Part shown: positions 12,369 through 21,068 of the stretch, one piece after another
Layout: each line of letters opens with the position of its first letter
How positions within the stretch are numbered: the stretch's first letter is position 1
Assembly: GCA_963695185.1 (NCBI GenBank)
Contig: CAVOGH010000001.1
Coordinates: 272,889 to 336,888, forward strand
Direction of reading: 5' to 3'
DNA from: an uncultured Gemmatimonadales bacterium
GTDB lineage: Bacteria > Gemmatimonadota > Gemmatimonadetes > Gemmatimonadales > GWC2-71-9
Length of the DNA stretch: 64,000 nucleotides
Position numbers and translations under genes: made by a program
The notes under the pieces: generated by a model
What the model saw: the letters and a program-made list of their open reading frames with translations, nothing else
Database searches by the model: none
What the model was told of the DNA's origin: nothing

Positions 12369-12764
12369 TCAGGGAGGCGGCTCCTGGGCCGCGGAACGAC
12401 GCAGCAGCGCCAGACGGACGGCATCCACCACCAGGCGGAGGTCGTCCGTCTTGGCCAGGAGGGGAACGCCTCGCTGCTCGATGGGTGTATGGACCTTCGG
12501 GTCGCGGGCGGCGCCGGTGAGGAACACCACCCTGCCCAGCAGGGTTGGGGCACGCTCCATGAGCCGGTCGTAAAACTCCAGCCCGCTGACTTCCGGCATG
12601 AGGACGTCGCTCACCACGGCGTCGGGACCCGGCGGCTCGGCGACCAGCCGGAGCGCCTCAGCGGCGGAGGCTGCTTCGGTGACCCGGTAGCCGGCGCGCT
12701 CGAACAGCGCCCGGAGTGCCCGGCGCATCGAGATTTCGTCATCCACGACCAGAACAGTCAGCAC
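12369..12764 (-). CDS. Single-domain response regulator (receiver only)
   Basis: The sequence reads VLTVLVVDDEISMRRALRALFERAGYRVTEAASAAEALRLV...DAVVSDVLMPEVSGLEFY...VVFLTG. I prefer the GTG at 12764 as start. The longest ORF runs to 12824. Confidence 0.8.
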   Translation of the reverse strand: MLTVLVVDDEISMRRALRALFERAGYRVTEAASAAEALRLVAEPPGPDAVVSDVLMPEVSGLEFYDRLMERAPTLLGRVVFLTGAARDPKVHTPIEQRGVPLLAKTDDLRLVVDAVRLALLRRSAAQEPPP

Positions 12765-12862
12765 AAGTCCTTGGGCGGCAAGGCGTTGGTTGGAGCCGTC
12801 GGGATGCCCGGGCGGCCCGGGCACCGGCTACCGCTTCAGTATCGGCACCCCGGTGATCTCAT

Positions 12863-12892
12863 TTGACCCCCGGGGATCGGGCGGGGTAGATT
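12863..12892 (+). promoter_or_regulatory. Candidate sigma-70-type promoter of tig (TTGACC-N18-TAGATT), predicting a near-leaderless transcript
   Basis: TTGACC is at 12863-12868 and TAGATT at 12887-12892. Only 7 nt separate the -10 box from ATG 12900, and there is no Shine-Dalgarno. Confidence 0.45.
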
Positions 12893-12899
12893 GCCGCCC

Positions 12900-14147
12900 A
12901 TGTCGGACATCTCAATAGTAACGACCAAGGAAGACGTGGCTTCGAAATCCCTCCAGGTAACGGTCCCGGTGGACCGGATCCAGAAGGCGGAATCGAACGC
13001 CATAAGGTACTACAGTCAGCGGGCCCGGCTGCCGGGATTCCGCCAGGGCAAGGCGCCGGAAGCCATCGTGCGCCGCCGGTTCGGGGAGGCGATCCGCCAG
13101 ACGGTCCTGGAGGAGCTCATCCGGGAGAGCTGGGACGCCGCGCTCAGCGCCGAGTCGCTCAAGCCCATCGCCGAGCCGCATATCCACCACCTCAAGTTCG
13201 AGGAAGGCCAGCCGCTGGAGTTCGAGTTCCATGTCGAGATCCGTCCCGATGTGGCCCTCGCTCGTCCGGGCGGGTTCACCATCCAGCGGACGGTCAAGCC
13301 GGTGACCGACGCCGATGTCGAGGAGCGGCTCCGAGACCTGCAGGAGCGCAAGGCCACCTGGATTCCGGTCGAGGGCGACAAGCCCGCGCCTGGCCAGATG
13401 GTCCGGCTGGAGGTGGCCCCGATCGAGGAAGCGGGAGTTGGTGCCGCCCAGCCGTACAATATGGTGCTGGGAGAAGGACGCGCCATTCCGGATGTCGAGG
13501 AGCGAGTCATGACGCTCCTTCCCGGGGAGTCGGTGGATACGGAGGTGCGCTTTCCCGATGACTTCCCGGACGAGAGCCGCCGGGGGCAGTCGCGCCGGGT
13601 ACGGATCGCGCTCCACGAGATCAAGCGGCAGGAACTGCCCATCCTGGACGACGCCTTTGCCCGTGAAGTCGGCGACTTCGACACCCTCGACGCCCTGCGC
13701 CAGGCGCTTCGAGCGGACCTGGAGCAGGACGCCCGGGCCCAGGCCGATTCCGGGGTCCGGCAGGAGCTGCTGCAGCAGCTGTACTCCGCCAACGACATTC
13801 CGGCCCCCGGGTCGCTGGTGGAGAAGCTGATCAAAGGGTACATGCAGGCGTACCAGATCCCGACCGAGCAGTTCGACACGTTCTCGGCCGAGTTCCGGCC
13901 GGTGGCGGAACAGCAGGTCCGGCGGGAGCTGGTGCTGGACGCGGTGGTGGACAGCCAGAAGCTGGCGGCCACCGAACAGGATATTGACACCCGAGTGGCG
14001 GAGCTGGCGGCGGCACGGAACCTGCCTGCCGGTAAGCTCTACGCCGAGCTCGAGAAGGCCGGGCGGCTCCGGGAACTGGAACGCTCACTCACTGAGGACA
14101 AGGCGTTTGCCTGGCTCCTCCAGCAATCCACTGTGGTAGACGCGTGA
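12900..14147 (+). CDS. tig: Trigger factor
   Basis: The N-terminus reads [53 protein letters not shown]. It is full length (about 415 aa) and lies immediately upstream of clpP-clpX, the classic order. Confidence 0.93.
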   Translation: MSDISIVTTKEDVASKSLQVTVPVDRIQKAESNAIRYYSQRARLPGFRQGKAPEAIVRRRFGEAIRQTVLEELIRESWDAALSAESLKPIAEPHIHHLKFEEGQPLEFEFHVEIRPDVALARPGGFTIQRTVKPVTDADVEERLRDLQERKATWIPVEGDKPAPGQMVRLEVAPIEEAGVGAAQPYNMVLGEGRAIPDVEERVMTLLPGESVDTEVRFPDDFPDESRRGQSRRVRIALHEIKRQELPILDDAFAREVGDFDTLDALRQALRADLEQDARAQADSGVRQELLQQLYSANDIPAPGSLVEKLIKGYMQAYQIPTEQFDTFSAEFRPVAEQQVRRELVLDAVVDSQKLAATEQDIDTRVAELAAARNLPAGKLYAELEKAGRLRELERSLTEDKAFAWLLQQSTVVDA

Positions 14148-14776
14148 GCACCCCAATGGCCACTCTGTTTCCTCCGTACGTCATCGAGCGGTCGAGCCGC
14201 GGCGAGCGGTCGTACGACATCTTCAGCCGCCTGCTGATGGACCGCATCGTCTTTCTCGGCGCGCCGATCAACGACGACGTGGCGAACATCATCATCGCCC
14301 AGCTCCTGTTCCTCGAGGCCGACAACCCCGAGCGGGACATCTACCTCTACGTCAACTCGCCGGGCGGCGTGGTGTCGAGCGGGCTCGCCATCTACGACAC
14401 CATGCAGTACCTCCGGGCCCCGGTGAACACCATCTGCATGGGCATGGCCGCCTCCATGGGGTCGTTCCTGCTGGCGGCGGGGATCAAGGGCAAGCGGAGC
14501 GCGCTGCCGCATTCGCGGATCATGATCCACCAGCCCTCGGGCGGGACCCAGGGCACGGCCTCGGACATCGAGATCCAGGCCAGGGAGATCCTCTACCTCC
14601 GCTCCAAGCTCAACGGCCTGTACGCCCTGCACACCGAGCAGCCCATCGAGACGATCGAACGGGACATGGACCGGGACCGGTTCATGAGCGCCGAGGAGGC
14701 CCGGGACTACGGCCTGATCGACAACGTCATTTCAAAGCGCACCGATATCCAGCCGGCCAAGATCGCCGGCTCTTGA
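14144..14776 (+). CDS. clpP: ATP-dependent Clp protease proteolytic subunit
   Basis: Motifs seen: [36 protein letters not shown] (Ser) and [10 protein letters not shown] (His). The GTG at 14144 overlaps the tig stop (GTGA). ATG 14156 is an alternative start. Confidence 0.95.
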   Translation: MSTPMATLFPPYVIERSSRGERSYDIFSRLLMDRIVFLGAPINDDVANIIIAQLLFLEADNPERDIYLYVNSPGGVVSSGLAIYDTMQYLRAPVNTICMGMAASMGSFLLAAGIKGKRSALPHSRIMIHQPSGGTQGTASDIEIQAREILYLRSKLNGLYALHTEQPIETIERDMDRDRFMSAEEARDYGLIDNVISKRTDIQPAKIAGS

Positions 14777-14785
14777 CCTGTTCCC

Positions 14786-14815
14786 GGGGAGGGGACAGAC
14801 TTCCTGTCGCTCCCC
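14786..14815 (+). other. Imperfect hairpin in the clpP-clpX spacer (possible attenuator or processing site)
   Basis: GGGGAG-GG-GACAG acttc CTGTC-G-CTCCCC forms outer 6-bp and inner 5-bp stems with a small internal mismatch. Confidence 0.3.
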
Positions 14816-14845
14816 CCACGACTTCCACCGACGGACCACAGACCC

Positions 14846-16090
14846 ATGTCCAACGACAAGCACCTCCGCTGTTCGTTCTGCGGCAAGTCGAAGGATTCGG
14901 TCCGGAAGTTCATCTCCGGCCCGTCGGTGTACATCTGCAACGAGTGCATCACCCTCTGCAACGAGATCCTGGCGGAGGATGAGGAGCGGGAAGTTGCCGA
15001 TACCATCACCCAGGTCCCCACCCCGGGTGAGGTCAAGACCGTGCTGGACCAGTACGTCATCGGCCAGGAGCGCGCCAAGCGCACCCTGGCCGTCGCTGTC
15101 TACAACCACTACAAGCGCATCAACGCCGCCAACACCCGCGATGGGGACGTCGAGCTGGACAAGTCCAACATCCTGCTCATCGGCCCGACCGGCGTGGGCA
15201 AGACGCTGCTGGCGCAGACCCTGGCCCGCATCCTGGACGTCCCCTTCACCATCGCCGACGCCACCACTCTCACCGAGGCCGGCTACGTCGGCGAGGATGT
15301 CGAAAACATCCTGGTGCGGCTGCTGCAGGCGGGCGAGTTCAACGTGGCCGAGTGCGAGCGGGGCATTGTCTACATCGACGAGATCGACAAGATCGCCCGC
15401 AAGTCGGAGAACCCGTCCATCACCCGGGACGTCTCCGGAGAGGGCGTGCAGCAGGCGCTGCTCAAGATTCTCGAGGGGACGGTGGCGTCGGTCCCGCCCC
15501 AGGGCGGCCGCAAGCATCCGCAGCAGGAATACATCCAGATCAACACCAAGGACATCCTGTTCATCTGCGGCGGCGCCTTCGACGGGCTGGAGAAGATCAT
15601 CCAGGCCCGCACCGGGCGGCAGCAGATCGGCTTCGGCAACGACAGCGCCGGCGGCCCGGCCTTCGACAAGAAGAACCCGTTCGCCGAAGTGGAGCCGGAC
15701 GATCTGCTCCGCTTCGGGCTGATCCCCGAGCTGGTGGGCCGCCTCCCGGTGGCGGTGGCGCTGGAAGCACTGGACGAGGACTCGCTGATGCGCATCCTGG
15801 TCGAGCCCAAGAACGCGCTCAGCAAGCAGTACAAGAAGCTGTTCGAGATGGAATCGGTCGGGCTGACCTTCGACCCGGAATCGCTGCGCGCGGTGGCCCA
15901 GAAGGCCCTCAAGCGCGGCACCGGGGCGCGCGGCCTGCGCGCCATCCTCGAGGGCATGATGACCGACATCATGTTCGATCTGCCCACCCGGGACGATGTC
16001 CGGGAGGTAGTCATCACCAAGGAGTGCGTCACCGAAGGCCAGCCGCCGCTGGTGGTCACCGAGCGGGCCCGGCAGAAGCGGGAAGCGTAG
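14846..16090 (+). CDS. clpX: ATP-dependent Clp protease ATP-binding subunit ClpX
   Basis: The zinc finger is CSFCGKS...CNECI. Walker A is [29 protein letters not shown] is present. Full length at 414 aa. Confidence 0.97.
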   Translation: MSNDKHLRCSFCGKSKDSVRKFISGPSVYICNECITLCNEILAEDEEREVADTITQVPTPGEVKTVLDQYVIGQERAKRTLAVAVYNHYKRINAANTRDGDVELDKSNILLIGPTGVGKTLLAQTLARILDVPFTIADATTLTEAGYVGEDVENILVRLLQAGEFNVAECERGIVYIDEIDKIARKSENPSITRDVSGEGVQQALLKILEGTVASVPPQGGRKHPQQEYIQINTKDILFICGGAFDGLEKIIQARTGRQQIGFGNDSAGGPAFDKKNPFAEVEPDDLLRFGLIPELVGRLPVAVALEALDEDSLMRILVEPKNALSKQYKKLFEMESVGLTFDPESLRAVAQKALKRGTGARGLRAILEGMMTDIMFDLPTRDDVREVVITKECVTEGQPPLVVTERARQKREA

Positions 16091-16165
16091 CTCGGCGACT
16101 CGGCGACTCGGCGACTCGGCGACTCGGGCGGACTCGGCGACTCGGCGACTCGGCGACTCGGCGAC
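16091..16165. repeat. Tandem octanucleotide array, unit GGCGACTC (4 units, one 10-nt variant, 3 units, one partial)
   Basis: The array starts immediately after the clpX TAG (16088-16090): CTCGGCGA x4, CTCGGGCGGA, CTCGGCGA x4. It is intergenic. ORFs 15352-16224 and 15370-16191 across it are artefacts. Confidence 0.95.
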
Positions 16166-16325
16166 GGAAGACTACGGACTCGGGAAAGCAAGCGGGGCGG
16201 GGTGTCCAGAGCGCGCGTCAGTGAGCCTCACGTGGGTTGGGATCTCCCCCGGGCAGGCGAACTGCAGCGTGCGGCGGATACCCCGCCCCGCGTAGCGTTC
16301 CAGAGCATTTCATGATCAGCATCCC

Positions 16326-17009
16326 ATGGACCCCGGGTCATCCTCCGGTGTACCGAAGGCATCTGTGACCCAAGAACCCAAAGTCGTCACCTACCCGCCG
16401 GCCCAGGAGAGCGACGCGCCATTCGCCGACCTCCCCGTGGTCTTTGTGGGCAGCTTCCCCGACGCTACGAGGGTACTGGAGCCACGGCTGCCGGAGATCG
16501 TCCTGCTGGGCCGCTCCAACGTCGGCAAGTCCAGCCTCATCAACGCCCTCTTCGGGCGGAAGCTGGCCCGGGTGAGCAACACCCCAGGCCGCACCGCCCA
16601 TATCAACGTCTTTCAGCTCCCGATGTTCTACCTCCTGGACCTGCCGGGCTACGGCTTCGCCAAGGCGTCCAAGAGCGAGCGGGAACGCTACCAGCGGCTG
16701 GTGCTCGGCGTGGTGCAGAAGCGCACCACCGTGAGCGGGGTCTTGTGGCTGCTGGATGTCCGGCACGACCTCACCGCGGCGGACCGGGAGTACGGCGAGA
16801 TGCTGGCCGAGTCCGGGGTGCCGGTGCTAGCCGCGCTCACCAAGGGCGACAAGCTGCCCTTCGGACAGCGGAAGAAGAGACTGGCGGACGTCATGCTGCG
16901 GCTGGCGCTCCCGGAGGAGCAGGTTCAGCTTACCAGCAGCGCCAGCGGGGAGGGGATCGCCAACCTGGGCGCGAGCCTCCTCTCCCTGGCCATCCCGGAG
17001 AAACCGTGA
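16326..17009 (+). CDS. engB: Ribosome-biogenesis GTPase EngB/YihA
   Basis: G1 is LLGRSNVGKSSLINAL. TPGRT, DLPGYG and TKGDK (G4) are also present. Confidence 0.9.
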   Translation: MDPGSSSGVPKASVTQEPKVVTYPPAQESDAPFADLPVVFVGSFPDATRVLEPRLPEIVLLGRSNVGKSSLINALFGRKLARVSNTPGRTAHINVFQLPMFYLLDLPGYGFAKASKSERERYQRLVLGVVQKRTTVSGVLWLLDVRHDLTAADREYGEMLAESGVPVLAALTKGDKLPFGQRKKRLADVMLRLALPEEQVQLTSSASGEGIANLGASLLSLAIPEKP

Positions 17010-17647
17010 CCCGACCCCTGCGCTGGCCCTGGGCCGCCGCCCTGCCGATCCTGCTTGCCTGTGCCGGGCGGGCAGGCGCCCAGAACGGCACTGTCACCGC
17101 CGGCCTGCCGCCGGTGGGCTACGGCTCGTTCAACCAGGAGCAGTTAAGCATCCGCTTCGGCGCCCAGGACCTGGAGGTGCGGTTCATGCCGCTGGACGAG
17201 CGGCTGCTCCGCCTGCTGGCGAATGACGCCTACGAATCGCTGCACGGCCTGGTGGCGGAGCGTCAGGCCAAGATCGATTCGCTCGCCCGGCAGAATGGCG
17301 TCACTAACCCGGGCCTGGCGCTGGTATCGTTCTTTGCGCTCCGGCGAGACGCCCGCTTCGAGCCTGAAAACCTCACCCTGCTCTACCGCAATCAGTTCCG
17401 CCGACCCTCGGCCATCCTGCCCTATACCGCCAACTTCTCCAGCCGCCAGCTGGGCGTGCGGGAGAGCGCCACGGCCATCTACATTTTCGACGAGACGCTG
17501 CCGGTGTTCGAGGAGTTTGGCGTGGCGTACGGCAGCAGCAGCACCAGCGCGTGGAAGGAAGCGCTCCGCCGGATCGACCGGGAGCGGGCCCGGGTCATCG
17601 CCCGCTGGCAGACCGAGCGCGAACGGAGCGACACTACACGGGACTGA
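17006..17647 (+). CDS. Secreted hypothetical protein
   Basis: GTG 17006 overlaps the engB stop. The signal peptide is VTRPLRWPWAAALPILLACAGRAGAQ. The rest is non-repetitive with no family recognised. Confidence 0.6.
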   Translation: MTRPLRWPWAAALPILLACAGRAGAQNGTVTAGLPPVGYGSFNQEQLSIRFGAQDLEVRFMPLDERLLRLLANDAYESLHGLVAERQAKIDSLARQNGVTNPGLALVSFFALRRDARFEPENLTLLYRNQFRRPSAILPYTANFSSRQLGVRESATAIYIFDETLPVFEEFGVAYGSSSTSAWKEALRRIDRERARVIARWQTERERSDTTRD

Positions 17648-17687
17648 TCCGCATCGGGCGCCCGCCGCGCCGTGGTGGCGCGCCCGA

Positions 17688-18701
17688 CTACAGCATGGAC
17701 CGCGGTGACGGCACCACCCAGGCCGCCTGCATCCCCCGGGTCCGCTCACCACTCACCAGCAGCGCCTTCGCCAGCACATCCGCCTGGAGTCCCGTCGCCG
17801 CAACCACGGTGGCCTGCCAGCGCGTGCTGACCGGTCGGCCCGCGCCGGGATCCATGACGTGGCCGATGGTGTGGGCTCCCAGCCGGCGGCGCTCCGCCGA
17901 CTGCCCGCTCGTGGCCAGCGCCTGGTCGGCCAGCCGGACCGTGGCCAGCACCGGTGCGGCGGGCGTGATCACTCCGGAGGCCTCACGGTTGACCGCCGGG
18001 ATCGCATCGTCCGGGACCGGGACCGGCGCCACCACGTCCACCGGCCAGCCGGGCTCACCCGGCGGTGCGCCGAGGGCGAGGATGTCGCCGCTGATCTCGA
18101 GCAGCGCCCGCCGGATGCCGTGGCGGCGGAGCACCGCTCCGGCCCGGTCCAGCCCGTAACCCACTCCGATCCCGGCCAGGTCGAGCCTGGTATGCACCGA
18201 GGGCAGGAAGACCCGCCCCTCCCCGAGCCTGATCTGGGCGGCCGCCAGCGCCACCTCGGCCTCCGCCAGCTCCCTCGCGCCGGGTGGGGCCTTCCGGCTC
18301 TCCCGAAACCCCCACACCCGCATCAGCGGCTCGACGGCGATGTCGAAAGCCCCGCCCGAGGCCACGCGGTGTGCCGCCGCCGCGCCGAGCACCGCCACCA
18401 GGTCGGCGCTGGCCCCCAGCGGCCGCCGGCCCGCCAATCGGTGCAGCTCGTTCAGCTCGCTGGCAGGGTCGAAGCGCGAGAGCAGCCCCTCGACCCGGCG
18501 GAGTTCGGCGAATGCCGCCTGCGCCGCCTCCATGCCGCGGTCCTCCGAATCGGCGAAGAGCCGGAGATGGACCGGCTGCCCCATGGCCCAGGACCAGCGT
18601 TCAATCAGGCGACTCGGCGACTCGGCGACTCGGCGACTCGGCGCCTCGTGAAGGGCCAGCACCGCCGACGGCAGCAGGGAGAGGAAGTGCCGGCGTTCCA
18701 C
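17688..18701 (-). CDS. apbE: ApbE-family FAD:protein FMN transferase with twin-arginine-like leader
   Basis: The GTG start lies 1 nt after the upstream stop. The leader is ERRHFLSLLPSAVLALHEA. The ApbE body reads MGQPVHLRLFA...SRFDPASELNELH...GGAFDIAVEPL...LDLAGIGVGYGLDRA...LLEISGDI...ALATSG. The longest ORF extends to 18794. Confidence 0.88.
   Translation of the reverse strand: MERRHFLSLLPSAVLALHEAPSRRVAESPSRLIERWSWAMGQPVHLRLFADSEDRGMEAAQAAFAELRRVEGLLSRFDPASELNELHRLAGRRPLGASADLVAVLGAAAAHRVASGGAFDIAVEPLMRVWGFRESRKAPPGARELAEAEVALAAAQIRLGEGRVFLPSVHTRLDLAGIGVGYGLDRAGAVLRRHGIRRALLEISGDILALGAPPGEPGWPVDVVAPVPVPDDAIPAVNREASGVITPAAPVLATVRLADQALATSGQSAERRRLGAHTIGHVMDPGAGRPVSTRWQATVVAATGLQADVLAKALLVSGERTRGMQAAWVVPSPRSML
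18607..18646. repeat. Tandem octanucleotide array GGCGACTC x4 plus GGCGCCTC, located inside the apbE coding sequence
   Basis: The unit and plus-strand orientation match the 16091-16165 array. On the minus strand it encodes [12 protein letters not shown] directly after the predicted signal peptide. Confidence 0.95.
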
Positions 18702-18702
18702 G

Positions 18703-19203
18703 TCAGCGCTCCTGCGCCGGTGATGGCTCCCGAAAGCCGAGTTCCCGGAGGACCAGCCCCGACTGCAGGTAGAACGTCGCCGCCATGATGCCACTGGAGA
18801 GCGCCAGCAGGATGCTGAAGCGCGGATCGGCGTATCGCATGAGCCACATCGCGCCGAAGGAAACGAGCAGCGCGACGAACGGCTCGGTGATGAGGAACCG
18901 CTTGCGACCTTCCGGTACCGTCTCGCACAGCGCCAGCGAAACCCCGCTCAGGACGAAGATCACCACCATTGCAAGCAGGTGGGTGTGGGTAATGGAGAGC
19001 ATCTCGGAGAAGGATTTGGGGAAGTGCATCACCCCCTCGGTGCTCTCGCTGCCACGGTAGTGATCCACGATACCGGAGGGGATGAGCCTGGTGGTCTGCC
19101 AGACATACACCAGCGCGGTGGTGTAGCCGACCACCTGGAGGATGGTCACCCAGCGGCCGATGGACCGGAAGGTGGCCGGGAGGGTGCGCCAGGAAACGGT
19201 CAT
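18703..19203 (-). CDS. Four-TM His-rich membrane protein of unknown family (operon partner of FMN-binding protein and ApbE)
   Basis: The start is MTVSWRTLPATFRS. Four hydrophobic helices are GRWVTILQVVGYTTALVYVW, HLLAMVVIFVLSGVSLAL, FLITEPFVALLVSFGAMWLM and FSILLALSSGIMAATFYLQ. His residues cluster at HYRGS, MHFP and THTHLL. Confidence 0.65.
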   Translation of the reverse strand: MTVSWRTLPATFRSIGRWVTILQVVGYTTALVYVWQTTRLIPSGIVDHYRGSESTEGVMHFPKSFSEMLSITHTHLLAMVVIFVLSGVSLALCETVPEGRKRFLITEPFVALLVSFGAMWLMRYADPRFSILLALSSGIMAATFYLQSGLVLRELGFREPSPAQER

Positions 19204-19208
19204 GGCGC

Positions 19209-19757
19209 TCACAGGCGGCCCTCGCCCCGCCAGCGGAGGAAATCCTGCAGCGTCCGGCGCACTGCGTCGGTCACGGCGTGCACGCTGATCGTGGCGCCGG
19301 AGATGCCGCGAATGTCGGCATCGGGCTTGAGGGGATCGTCTGGTCCCTTGCCGCGGAACTGCCGCCGCCACGGCTCGTAGGCCACCTCGCCGCCGTACGC
19401 CTCGCGATAGACCAGGATGTCGATGTCCCTCAGGTGCAGGGCGGAATCGGTGGCGACGAGAAAGGTGATCGGCTGGTCCTTGCCCTTCACGTTGCGAACC
19501 TGGGCGAAACCCAGCAAGGCGCCGCCGTGGGCCACCCGGTAGACCGTGGCGCCGTCAATGACCAGGGTGTCGGTGCGGAGATCGCTCCCGTAGACCCGGG
19601 CGATGGCGGCCTGGACCTTCTTCGGTGAGGCCGACTGTGAGGCGAGCGGGCCGTGGGGCAGGACGGCCAGCGCCGCCCCGAGCAGCGCCGGCGCCCGTCC
19701 CCAGCGCCACCACGACGACCCACCGCCCACGGCCGGCCGGCCAGCGGATGTGCCCAT
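19209..19757 (-). CDS. Secreted FMN-binding domain protein (ApbE flavinylation substrate type)
   Basis: A signal peptide is present. The C-terminal FMN_bind-like segment is DADIRGISGATISVHAVTDAVRR, containing the S-G-A-T acceptor motif (codons 19290-19301). The ATG abuts the porin stop with a 0-nt gap. Confidence 0.8.
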   Translation of the reverse strand: MGTSAGRPAVGGGSSWWRWGRAPALLGAALAVLPHGPLASQSASPKKVQAAIARVYGSDLRTDTLVIDGATVYRVAHGGALLGFAQVRNVKGKDQPITFLVATDSALHLRDIDILVYREAYGGEVAYEPWRRQFRGKGPDDPLKPDADIRGISGATISVHAVTDAVRRTLQDFLRWRGEGRL

Positions 19758-20909
19758 CTAGAACTGGTAGCCGACGCCGAGGCTCATCATCTCCGATTCT
19801 CCGGTAGAGGCCGCGTTGCGGAAGAGCTGGTAGTCACCCTTGAAGACCACATTCCACAGCGGCTTGTAGGAGAGGCCGAAGGTGGTGTTCCGCCGAGCAT
19901 AGGCGTCGTTCTCCACGGTGCCGCCGGGAACCGCGGCATGGAGGTCGTAGCGCTCGTGACGAACAAAGGCGTTCAGCTTGTGGGTGGTGCCGGGAGCGAG
20001 GTAGTGCAGCAGGTTCACCGCGCCCTCGACGTAGCCACCCTGGATGCGCCTGCCGATGTCGGTGCCGAAGCGGGCGTTGATGTCGCCGGCGTCGGCCACG
20101 GCGATCCGGGCCAGGACCCCGCGGAAGGCGAACGGCCCCACATCATACCGCGCATCGGCCGAGAGCAGGAAGAGGGGACTGTCGAAGGCGCCGTCCCCCA
20201 GGACCGAGTCCTGGGCCGCCGAGCCGCCGTACCAGAACGAGCCGCCCACCCGCAGGCCCGGCCGGGCCCATTCCAGCCGCCCGGTGAGCGAGGGATTGGC
20301 GAAGCTGGCTTCCTTCCCCTCCTGCCGGCCACCGCGAATGCCGGTCCCGCCGCCGAACCCCTCCGCCTTGAGCCCGCTCACCAGGTAGACCCGGTAGTTC
20401 AGGCCGCTCACCGCCGAGAGGTTCCCAACCAGCCCGAGGCCGATGTCACGCCAGGTGCTGGGTATCACCTCGCGATCAAAGCGCGGCCGGGCCACGCCGT
20501 TGAAGGTGGGCGGTTCATGGGTCTCGTTGATGATCCCGATCGGCGCCAGCACGAGTCCGGTGCGGAGCGTGACCGCGTCCGAGAAGCGATAGTCGAGGTA
20601 GGCCTGCTCCAATGCCACCTCGCCGCCGTCCTCGCCACCTTCGAGCTTGGTGTCCTCCAGTTCCAGTTCGGACCGGAAGGTGATCCGGTCGCTGAAGGCG
20701 TGGGCCACGAACAGGACGAATCGCTTGACGTTCACCTCCCCCGGCGTCCGGGGTCCGGTGGCGTTGGAGTAATGCACTTCACCGTAGCCACCGAGGGTGG
20801 TCCGGCTGGCGTCATCCTGCGCGGCGGCGGGCGCCGGGAGAGCAAGGAGAAAGAGCAGGGTGGTGGAAAGGGTGAGTCGGGGAGGGTAGCTCGTCAGGGC
20901 AGCGGCCAC
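19758..20909 (-). CDS. Outer-membrane beta-barrel porin-like protein
   Basis: The signal peptide is LLFLLALPAPAAAQ. The N-terminal strand is LGGYGEVHYSN. An alternating amphipathic pattern follows, and the C-terminus is SLGVGYQF (terminal Phe). Confidence 0.7.
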   Translation of the reverse strand: MAAALTSYPPRLTLSTTLLFLLALPAPAAAQDDASRTTLGGYGEVHYSNATGPRTPGEVNVKRFVLFVAHAFSDRITFRSELELEDTKLEGGEDGGEVALEQAYLDYRFSDAVTLRTGLVLAPIGIINETHEPPTFNGVARPRFDREVIPSTWRDIGLGLVGNLSAVSGLNYRVYLVSGLKAEGFGGGTGIRGGRQEGKEASFANPSLTGRLEWARPGLRVGGSFWYGGSAAQDSVLGDGAFDSPLFLLSADARYDVGPFAFRGVLARIAVADAGDINARFGTDIGRRIQGGYVEGAVNLLHYLAPGTTHKLNAFVRHERYDLHAAVPGGTVENDAYARRNTTFGLSYKPLWNVVFKGDYQLFRNAASTGESEMMSLGVGYQF

Positions 20910-20959
20910 GAATCGTTCCGGGAGATTAGTTGAGAATGACTTTCATCTAATGTACGTTC

Positions 20960-20988
20960 AACCTAGCCGATATTCCCGACTCCGTCAA
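20960..20988 (-). promoter_or_regulatory. Candidate promoter of the porin/FMN-binding/4-TM/apbE operon (TTGACG-N17-TAGGTT on minus strand)
   Basis: On the reverse complement, TTGACG is at 20988-20983 and TAGGTT at 20965-20960. It lies in a locally AT-rich divergent spacer about 50 nt upstream of GTG 20909. Confidence 0.35.
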
Positions 20989-21068
20989 TCGGTAATGCTT
21001 GGCGCTGCGACCCTCAGGCCCGTTAGACTCACTCCTGACATGGCTTCCTCCCTCGTTTCCTCGCCGCG

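Noticed and set aside
16091-16165. A CRISPR array
   Set aside because: The units are 8 nt and contiguous with no spacers, and there are no cas genes. It is a microsatellite-type tandem repeat.
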